Shown here piece after piece: positions 29,520 through 40,054 of a stretch of 64,000 nt of DNA (its first letter is position 1; each line of letters opens with the position of its first letter). The notes beneath the pieces were generated by a model that worked only from the letters and a program-made list of their open reading frames with translations, did no database searches and was not told where the DNA came from. The position numbers were made by a program, and so were the translations under genes. The DNA is taken from the NCBI GenBank assembly GCA_023213395.1, contig CM041465.1, forward strand, positions 190,347,741 through 190,411,740, given 5' to 3'. This stretch comes from Cycas panzhihuaensis (taxonomy: Eukaryota > Plantae > Cycadophyta).

Positions 29520-32500
29520 TATCATAGCCATACTAGCTATTATTTGATACTAACTCTCATGACCTAACCTAGCTAGACAAGCTTATATGCAATGTGATTA
29601 AGACACAATGGTAATATATTATGAATTTTTAGCAATTCTAGCATCTAATTATATATCAAGTTTGAATTCATGAAGGCTTTTATGGGAGTAATTCATAGTA
29701 GAATAAACACCCAAGGATGCATATAAACCCAAGTTATATTGATGCTTAATATTTATATATAAGATCTTTACTGCTATAACAAAACTAATGTGAGAATTAA
29801 AACTATAACCAAGTATGTATATAGAAATTCATCATAAGCCAAGCTACATATCGAGGTAAGAGAGCAACATTACATAAAACATATTACACTATGAGAACAA
29901 AGTATTTGAGATTTATCAAGGAATGAAGCTAGCCAACCAAATTATAATTGAAGGATTCTCCCATCCAATCAATTATAATCCCATAAATAAATATACCCCC
30001 AAGCTAAAGCACATGATATAAATATAGGAATACTAATTTTCCACTTTTCATATAACCCTTCCTAAGTTGCTTTATTAATAGATGCCTCAAGTCCTTTCGA
30101 TATAAAACTCTATTGTATAAGTAGTTGCCCAAAAAATGCTACTATTATATGTCAGTATACCTTTGATTAAAATATAATTAATCTCATATAATAACAATTA
30201 TTTCTTATTAAGCCATTCTTATTCTCTGAAATAAGCAAACAGTGTCAAATTGCTTACAAATCTAATCTTAAAGGACTTCCTTATTATTTGATGCACCTAT
30301 CATGAACTTATAAAGTACAACTGAGTTTAAGAGGAGAAACTAGCCAAGACCCTTATCTTTAAGCAACCTATAGGTGGAGTAACTAACTCAATACCATATT
30401 TATAAAGAGCTTAGAAAGAGAAACTAACCTAGAATCCTTACTTAAGCAAAGATCAAGGAGAGTCAACCACTTAATTATCTTGATCTCAAGATACTAGTAA
30501 GTAGGAGAAACCACCCAGCTACCTTGTAAAATACCAACTAACAATAAGGTATAAGAGAGAAACTAACTTAAAACCTTACCTTATAAGAAGATATTACATC
30601 TAATAATAGTAGTCTAATGAGATTAGTATTATAGCTTACCTATAAATCTCTGGAAAGAGAATCAATCTATTTTCTATTAATCTTATTATATAAAATGCAC
30701 AAAAATGCTCTCTAGAATATCTTTGTTTCACTTAGCCAAAACTTTATAATTCATCTCTACATACTTGATAATTTTCTTTATTTGATTTCTCTATCTCTTC
30801 ATATGTGTCTTCTCCCCTTCTCGGTTTTTCTTTTTCTTGCATTTAATTCTCTACCTAACTACCATTAATGTTTGGTGGAAGTTATGAGACTTAGTGGCTG
30901 GAATATTGCCCTAACAAGCTACTAAAAGTAGCCTATAGTTATTGTTGTTTAAATAATTATCTATTGTCCACTACTCCCACTTTTAAAAATATCTCCCTAT
31001 AGTGAATTCCTAAGTGGTCCTTAATTATCCAAGTCTATAGATGTCTTTAATACAATTCCAAGGAGGTTGATTAAATAATTTTTTATTAATTAATAAGAAA
31101 GTTATAAAAGAAATTATAAAAATCTATTAGCTACTATTCATGTTGCCATACTATTCTTTTGATATTTTGGGCCAATGGGAACACTTCAAAAGTATGAATA
31201 ATTAAATTTATTCATATGGAGATAAATGTCTTTGAATAATTATTCCAACACAACTAGAATCATCTAATACTAACTTTGAATGAACAAGATAGCATTAAAA
31301 TAGCAGAAGGCTACCAAACATTAACTTTTTACTTAATTAAGTAAGTTTAATCATAAAACCCAGAAATATCACCTTAAATATTTATTAGGCATAAAATCTT
31401 TTTGTATAAATTGATATCTATTTTAGAAAGATTTGAATCAAAATGGGGTACTTGAAAAATCAATAAGTGTTAAGAGAGTTATAGTATTTTTTATAAATTA
31501 CATTTTTTTAGGGTTTTATCCTCACATTCTCTCTTCTTGCAAATTCCTTCTCTTAAAAACTTTACCCTATAAAAACTCCTCTTTATGGAACTTCTCTTTA
31601 AAGTCTTCTCTCACAAACCTTCTTCTCATAAAGACTTCTCCCCATAAATTTCTTTCTTACAACTTCTTCTTACAAAACTTTACTTTTATAAGTACAAATA
31701 CTGAGGTTTTCACAAAAATCTACTTTGAAGTCTAAATTTAAAGGGACATAACTTTTTCATCTAGCATCTGATTTAATAGTTTTACCATTGATTGGAAAGA
31801 ACTCAATATACTCTTTATCAAGGGATAATTATATAAGGCTAAAAGATAACTTGAAATAATATTCTGCTCCTTCAAACTCACTAATTTAATAAGTTGTTCC
31901 ATTTTTATAAATAGTGAAGTTTAAACCCTATAACTTTAATCTACCATAACTTTCTTATATGATATTCATTCTAGGATTTCTACTACTCATCCAAAAGCTA
32001 TTGATTCCTTCTTTGATATGGAGTAAGATTTGAAATCTATTTATGAAGTATAAAATATAAATTATGGTAAACTACTTACAAATTATTCTTATAACTTTAG
32101 ACTTGCATATCTTTTCCATCTAGTTTCTATTTATAGTATTCATCTATTCATTGAAAATTTGAAAACTTTTCTTTCACTGGTAGAGTTATTTTCAAATTAT
32201 GTCGATTAACTAAATTTTATATCTCAAAGATATTTGATGATCTGAGTATTTGTCTACTACTCTTGCAACTACTCCTACACCTTTATTCTTGCTTTGTTCA
32301 TATTATTTGCTCTCTTATTCTTTGAAAGCGATTTGGTTGGTCTTTGTATTGATGTAAGCTACAACAAAATAAATATGTTATATCAAAGTAAAGTATTAGT
32401 ATAAAATACAAATACTCTACAGTTACTACTAACATACATAAGCTACCTACCCAAAAATCATAAAATTGTGCACCCTAATACCTAGTAGAGTATGAAATAG

Positions 32501-32763
32501 ATTTCCACTTCACAAAGATGAATAAGTAAATAAAGTGGTGCATGCTCATACCTAATAGAGAATAAAATGACTTCCACCTTATATAGGATAAATAGTAAAG
32601 AAATAAAATAAATAATATTGATATAAGCTACGAAGAAAAGTAAAGAGGATGAAGAAAATGAGAGAGATAAGGAGAAAATGACAAGTGTTAACTACTATTA
32701 ATTTGTCATATAAAAGTAGAAACATGTACCATTTGATAATCACTTCAATATTAGGTCCTTATA
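29520..32763 (-). repeat. Uninterrupted 5' LTR of the Tekay-like element
   Basis: Abuts the PBS. Its right end (atttgataatcacttcaatattaggtccttata) matches the 3' LTR end at 24683-24715 (atttgatgatcacctcaaggttgggtgcttaca). Confidence 0.8.
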
Positions 32764-33959
32764 ATAACCAATAGAATATAAGGCATATAAGAACTAATAT
32801 ATATAAGACTTAACCTAAATTATAAGGGGTTTTTCTATAGCTCCTTGGCTCTTAAAGGAATGTTTTGGCTTCTTAGATTTTAACTCTTTAGGCAATGTTT
32901 TAGTAGAGAATAAACTAGAGCAACACTTAGTGGGCTTGCATATTGTAGCCTTAGCCCTTCTAAGTATTTCCTTTATAATCTATAATTTCAATTATTAATT
33001 AAATATTTCTTGTGACAAGGTCCTAATCAGAATGCTCTATGTTATGAGTTAGTAGTTTGCTCATTTGTTATCAAACCCCTTTTGTCTTTGAAAGGTATTG
33101 AGTCATTTAGAAATTAGTATGTTATGAAGATTATAAGAGAGCACTACATCATATACCACTCTCTATATAGGATTCCTTCCATATCTTGTATGCCTTACCC
33201 TTTGTTCATGCCAACTAATTAAACTTTCATTTCCTACATACCCCTCTCATAAACTTTAATTATATTCTTTGTTCTCTTCTTATTCATACAAATATTATCT
33301 CCTCATCTCTAAATTATTTCCCTCCTTTTGAGCCAAATCCACATGGATTGAGTATGGGAACCCACAACACATAGGCTTCAAGATCTACCATATGTAAGGT
33401 ATAATATATTAACACATAACAAATCTCTTACAGATGATCCATAGCATTCATTAAAAGCTCAAATTTAAAAATGCATTACGAGGGGAACATTTTAAGAATG
33501 GTAAATTATTATGTTCATTGAACTATGACCAAGTCACTTAAGTAGGACTAATCCCTTAATATGTTCTACAATTATGAATGCAAGGCAAACCATGGTTACA
33601 GTGGCATTGGCTTGTACTAATGCTTTTAGGAAAAAGTATGTAGAGGGGAGGGGTGAATGTTATGTTTTTATATCCCCTAATTGATCAAAGTACGTTTAAA
33701 AGCTTGAATTCTATAGTTATGATATGAAGTTGTGATGCATAGAACATGGCATAGATCTTCATATTGGCTTCAAAATAAGTGGCTATGGACTTCAAGTAGG
33801 CATTGTAGAGTAAAGTCAGACTAATTTGAAACTTGTATTCATAAATATAAATTATTAGAGGCTTTGTTAAAGTTATCCTTACCCAATTAATAATTTAAAT
33901 GTTTACTTAGATATAATGAATTGACAGGTCATTTGAAAGAGTTAAACATAAAAAATCCC

Positions 33960-34811
33960 CTGCCATCGTTGCAGACTGCACTACAACGACGAACGCCTGA
34001 TCGTTGCAGACTGCACTACAACGAACGCCTGATCGTTGCAGAACGCCGTCGTTGCAGACTGCACGACGAACGCCTGATCGTTGCAGACTGCACTACAACT
34101 CTTAATACGTCATCCTCCACCATCACCTTAACTCTTGATTATCCAAACCCTCAGCCATTAGGTATAACTACCCCCACATATTTCAGAAACACTTTCAGTA
34201 CATAAATATTTGAGTAAAAGTGACGAATTTTTTTTTTTTCAGGCGGAGGTGGTGCCTTGAATTACATAATCACAGCCCAATTTTTGTGTGTTGGAATTAT
34301 TCAACAACATTTTGGCAGATACCTTACTTGAAAAAAAAATACGACTTCCCAACACTGAACATGGGATTTTCGCTGTAGATTAATCCTCAGAACTGAAAAT
34401 CTCTAGTCGTAGACGTAGAGTATCTCTGGTTAGTCGTTAATGTGAAATATTGTTGCAAACGAATACTATCCTTAAATTAAATAAGGATTTGAAGATTAAT
34501 TAATAACGCCGACACGTAGTTTGCGGCGCATTGTGAGCAATGTTGTGCCGGCACAATTCATGAGTTAGCACTTTATGTTGGTCTCTTATTACAATATTTA
34601 AAAAGCCTATCGCCACGCCCCAAATTCGAGACGAACGCATTTAACACATTTGTATTGTAGAATTTATGCCATGATTTTTTTGTTTTTATAGATGATGAAT
34701 TTTATGCTATTCTAGTTCACGTGACTATTACGCAACCATAGCATTTATTAGGGTTTTTAATCATTATTTTGTTCTTGATAGTTACATTGATGGAGATTTG
34801 GCGCCCTATCG
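33960..34811. promoter_or_regulatory. CpG-rich island with no recognisable TE hallmarks; candidate unmethylated regulatory or ncRNA locus
   Basis: About 39 CG dinucleotides in ~850 bp by manual count, versus about 1-3 per kb in the immediate flanks. Contains G-box-, DRE- and E2F-like motifs. Function is inferred, not shown. Confidence 0.5.
33966..34099. repeat. Imperfect tandem array of five units sharing TCGTTGCAGA (unit lengths 35, 32, 16, 29, 22 nt)
   Basis: Core at 33966, 34001, 34033, 34049 and 34078. Consensus TCGTTGCAGACTGCACTACAACG(ACG)AACGCCTGA. Confidence 0.92.
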
Positions 34812-34949
34812 CATTCTTATCAATAGTATACCTTCCACCCTAGGTGGTGTTAATTATTGAAAATTTAATTTGCATGTTTTTCTCCTTATTCCTTTCCTCC
34901 TCAAGATTGTTGGGTATCCTAGTCATTACTTTTTTATTTAAAACATGCA

Positions 34950-35350
34950 AATAATCTACATGGTCCTCATGTCTTAATATCTATTAGTAATCTATTATAC
35001 TTGAGTACAAGTCCATGCTCCATTATGGTACACCTTTTAAGGGTTTTTCAATTGATGAAGTAACTACAATGAAATGCCCTATATGGATGGAATTTTCTAA
35101 CCTTTCCCTATATTTGTGACTACTTCTTAATAGTCTTGTCATTCCTCTTGGTAGATTGCATTATAAACATCCAAAATGTCAATTTAGTGGTCAACCCCAT
35201 CTTAGACTTTGTTCATAGATTAACTTAGCTAAATCTCTTTTGTAAAAAATCTCCATTTACATTGGATAAACAATAGTTATTCAAAATTTGTAATATCTCA
35301 ACATATCTAATGTATATTTTGGTGCTACAAGTTCACTCACTTTGCTAAAC
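34950..35350 (+). pseudogene. Remnant of a plant L1-type LINE ORF1 (DUF4283 C-terminus / zf-CCHC_4 region)
   Basis: From ~35068: MKCPIWMEFSNLSLYL*...IPLGRL...LRLCS*INLAKSL...YLNISNV. This fits the plant L1 ORF1 pattern PVWVRLPNLPLHLW...LG...ARICVEIDLSKPL...YENLP..C. Confidence 0.6.
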
Positions 35351-38300
35351 CCCATTTATTTCTTACTTCTAAGGTTAAACCTCAACTAAACAAAAGAAAA
35401 AGGATGGACACAAGGAAAGAAATAGATAAACCAAAAGAGATAGCCTAGCTTTTGCAATCTTAACCATTTTCTTCACCTCCATGTGCAGCTTTACCACGCC
35501 TCCCCCTCCTCCCCCCTCCAACCAATGCTTTCTCATGGTGATATTTCACTATGTTGTGTTAAAAACACTCCCATTGAAACTTCTAATGAAAATAAATGAT
35601 GGATTTTGTTTCTAAATCCAAGAAATAGAATTCTTTCAATATGTAAAATTCTAAACATTCAACTACTCTTCTTCTAAAAATTATCATGCAAATCCTCACT
35701 AACTTGATTCTCTTATGGTTACCTTCCACCCCACCCCAATCATCAAATAATTTGGTACTACCTTTGAAAGAAGTTTATTATTTCAGAGATACTTAATAAA
35801 ATTTAAAGCATTTTATAAATTCTTCTTAGAAGTAATGCCTAGAATGATCCCACTAGAAACAAACAATAAAATAATAATGAATTAGCAATAAATAACCTAT
35901 AAAGATACTAAATAAATGATTAGAAATTGATGACAAGTAATGGGGCAAATACTTAATATTAAATTATCAAATATGGAAATTAATCCATTATCTAAAAGAT
36001 GAAAAAAAAGATATTAAGTTTTGCTTAGCATGATTCCTATATTTATAAACAAAATAATCGATTATTTATAGAGTTAGCTTTAATAATCATTAAAACAATA
36101 AAGGCCAATTATAATCCATCTCTCTTTAAAATAATTCAGCCCATAAGTTTTTAATTTTTCTACCTTGGTCTTAATGGGTCAATGACTCAAAATGCTTCAC
36201 CTAGAAAGTATGGGAGAGAAATGTACATCTTCATCCCACCACTTACTAAATCCATGATACCATAGACATTCAAGCCATCGTTGCATAATCTTTTAGAAGC
36301 AATCGATATGTATTCACTTTATGCCAATAATGACTAATTCTAGGTAACCTTTATATAAGATCTTATGTGTGGAAGGTTTTAGGACCATTGTGTTGTTAAT
36401 TCAACTTGTTTGAGATCCTTTGTCTTGTTTCCATATTTTTTCCATAGGAATTATCCTTAGGAAAGGGGAATAGCTTGAAAAGTAAAAGATAAGGCAAGAG
36501 ATTTTATAATAGGATTTGGAGTGATTGTCATGCTAAGAATCTCATATAGATGAGAATTTTAATAATAAGGAATATAAAGGAAAAATATGTTAAAGATGGG
36601 GGGATGGAATGGGACTTGAGGTCAAGAAGCATGGGGTGGTTTAAAGGCAATAAGTAACAACATATACAATATATATAATTTAAGAGTAAGACAGTATAGT
36701 TAGGTAATGGTTATGCAATAACTTATGTTAGGAGACCAACAACATGGGGGGATGGGGGGTTAGTATATAAGATATGAGAGATAAGGTATATAAGACAAAT
36801 ATAAAGTATGTAAGGAAGGTATATAAGTAATGAAATATGGGATAAGAGTGATAAGGTGTTGTCTTACTTACAACTCAATTAGTTAACTATAGTAGTTAGC
36901 CATTAATCAATGTTAATAACTAATTTAACATTTAAATATTTGGCAGGAGCTAGCATAATCTACTACGAAAGGAATAAAGACATTTTACAAGTTCAAGGGT
37001 TAAGTGCATATAAGGGTTGTGAGGAATAAAAGTTCAACTAGGGATGATAAGGGGTTAAAATAACATGGATTAAGGATAATATTAAGGGCTTAAACTTATA
37101 AAGAATTTATTTAGGAATGGTAGGCATGATGCAGGAGGAGTACTAAGAGTTTTATATGGCTAGAAGGGAAACATATAGGAGATGCATATGAAGTGGGGTT
37201 GATTATAAGCATCTTATAAGCATTAGAAGGAGAGACATAGGGAAAGGATATGGAGATTTAGGTGTGAAAAGGAAATAGGAGGAGTATAAGATACCAATGA
37301 GATTAGGAGATGATATAGGCATGGGTGTTATGTAGAAAAAATAGAGAGTGAGAGTTAGATGATTGATGGCAATTCTTCATAGACATATATTTAGGAGAGA
37401 AACATTAGACATAAGCAAAACAAAGGATAATTATGAGTTATATTGAGAGTAATACTAGTTAGTCACATGTATAAGGGTTTGATAGGAGCATAAAGTTTGG
37501 GAATGTGATGTATCAATGAATAACTCATATAGGTAAGTGGTAAGGACTAGTGAAATAGATATATAAAAATTACAAAAAATGGTATAATTGATAAAGAGTA
37601 AGTGAGATGGGATCTATAAGCAAGCTTGGGGATTGAGGGGTTTATATGAAACATGTAAAAGATAAGGGCTATGTACTTCTTATGATAGAGGGGTTTTGAT
37701 ATGGGTATATGCAATGGGTATGCAAAGCAGCATATAAGGATTAGTAAGAGTGGTGATAGAGGATATAAACATTATTTATGGGACAATATTAAGGGTGGAC
37801 AAAGAAAAATTAAAGCCTTATACAAGGGATATACATTAGTAGAACTAGGAAATAAAGATAGTGGGGGTTCAAGAAGAAGATGAGGGATATTGTGATGCAA
37901 CTTTTTCCTTGTTGGTTTCCTATACAATGAATTATAGTGATAAGAAGACAAGAAGTGAAGGGTCTTGAATAGAACTAGGATTTCACTTATGAAAAGATTA
38001 TAATTAATGGCCTTAAGATATAATTTTATTATAGGATTTTATTTAGTGGAATTTTTTAATGCTACATAATATGGAAGTTCAAGGGAAATAATTCAACTAC
38101 CATGAGAATAGGATTTGAACTCATAATAGTTATTTCATTAAAGTCGATGTGTTTCTCTAATTTCATAGTTACTTCTTCTTTATCCTATTACCATGTAAAC
38201 AACTTCTCACTTAGTTCATGCACCTTAGTTAATTCCTCTTTAATTTGTTCAATGATAAACTCTCCCTCTTTAATAGCTTACTTTTGTGTGTGTTGTGCTT

Positions 38301-40054
38301 CTTATTTTACATGCAAGTTTTTCCTTTCTTTGTAAATAATTTTTCTTTTTTTTATAATTATATTCAAATAAATGGTTTATGGCTATCTCCCTCTCTATTA
38401 GACATGATTTGGCCTTGTAAATTTGAATGTAATACTTGATGAAGAATTTTGAGATACTTGTTATGTTTACCACAATAAATATATTTTTCCTTATTAATAA
38501 ATACTTGTGTAATGTATTTTGGTACGACTAATCAACAATAATCTCAATGGCAATGATAGACAACCCCCTAATTATAATACTTGATATAAAAATCTAATAG
38601 GAAAATGTGAAATTTTACCCACAAATATAAAATACAGAATTTTAGGAATGTTTGATAATTAGAAGGATAATATTCTAATAATATTTTAATTTAAATATTT
38701 TGACCAATAACCTTATGAAATTCTATATTTTTTCTATTATTTTTGTATTTGGATATATGAGTTATTGTAGGATTATTCTCTCATTTGGTTGTGTACATGG
38801 TTATGGGATCATTCTTTGATTTGGCCATATGCATAGTGATTAACAAAACACCCCTTCTCTTATATAGGCAAGAAGATGGTAGTAAAAGTACGCTAAGTAC
38901 TGTGGACATTTAGGAGAATGTTGAACATAGGGAAATATAATACTACAAAGATCATAAGTTTGAAATTGAGTGAGGTCCCCATAGAAGACTAATATACACT
39001 ATTTATCTCAGGACAAGTCTTCATGTTGATAATATTCTCCTTATTCCCTTTAGGAACAACCTTTTTTATCATCCTTTATGCTTCAAAATACAAGCCCAAT
39101 CTTATGCCTTCTGCAAATGTATCCAAATCTTTATCTAGCCTTCACTTTGAATTTCAAATCCTAAGATGTTTTCATCTTGTAGTTGGCTTTAAGAGTTCAC
39201 TACCTTGGTGGGTAGGTTTCCTTATAGATTTCAATTTTCCCATGCCTTCATATATTTTAGTGGTCTTACAAGAGTACTAGTAATGCTTAGAGTATTGAAT
39301 TATGTTGAATTATTCAAATACTTTCCAATACCCTTCTTTTATACCTATAGATGATGGCATCTCCAATTTTGCCCTTCATAACAAATTTACACACATATCT
39401 TTAATAGTTTATGTGTTACCTCCTTAGTTGATTTTCTTTCCCTTATTGAGGAATGATTCATTCATTGTACTTCATCTATATATGGTGAAGTAATTTTTTA
39501 TTTGCTTCCATATGATCAAATTTCTTAAGTTAAATATTTTGATTGCAAAGAGGACTATTTGCCTAACATTAATTTTTTAAATTTATCCTTGATGCTCAAA
39601 TCATTTCAAAGTTCATAGGTAGGGTTTGTATTACATACTACTATTAAGATTTATAATAAAATAATAATTATTTGAATTAGGTTTAGGTAGGAAAGTTTAT
39701 TTTGTTTGGTAGGTTGCCCATTGGGTAATATAAATATTATTCTATATGGACTTATTTTCATATTTTTATCAAATATTAATTGAACTATTATATTTCTTTA
39801 CTTACTTCTTAGCATGTGCAATCTTTGGTTTTCATTAGTACTCTATAAGTGGTATCAGAGCTTCATTTATAGTATCTATAGTAAAATACCTCTCCTTAAT
39901 AGATAAATTTAAGGCTAGATTACTTAGGTAAATCAATCATTATAACTCTGTTATTTCCTATTATGTATTTTCTCTTACTCCTATCATCCTTATCTTTTTT
40001 CCTACCTGACTTGTCCTCTCATTCAATAGTATCTCTATATTAGACACAACATAC

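Larger units (their letters stand above)
747..32763 (-). mobile_element. Decayed Ty3/gypsy chromovirus (Tekay/del-like) with ~3.2-kb LTRs; its 3' LTR is split by nested insertions
   Basis: 5' LTR ~29520-32763 next to PBS gctctaatacca (29506-29517). PPT tccccctctcc at 24716-24726. 3' LTR pieces at 747-1372, 8284-10607, 15514-15631 and 24656-24715 align collinearly with the 5' LTR. The internal region has gypsy domain order. Confidence 0.85.

Noticed and set aside
33966-34099. CRISPR array (palindromic repeats of ~30 nt)
   Set aside because: The linkers are short and near-identical rather than unique spacers, unit length is irregular, no cas genes are present and the context is eukaryotic.
33921-34205. 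94-aa ORF as a protein-coding gene
   Set aside because: It starts at TTG with no in-frame ATG, owes its length to the GC-rich tandem repeat and has no recognisable domain.
34140-34245. Pol III snRNA-type promoter or telomerase RNA (CCCCCACATAT USE-like, cataaata TATA-like, ccaaaccct template-like)
   Set aside because: The USE deviates from RTCCCACATCG, the spacing to TATA is short, and a long T-run terminator follows immediately. The template-like motif lies upstream of the putative promoter and is not CTAAACCCT.
39850-39861. tRNA gene
   Set aside because: Only the 11-12-nt PBS complementary to the tRNA-Met 3' end is present, with no cloverleaf. No rRNA or tRNA genes were recognised anywhere in the window.
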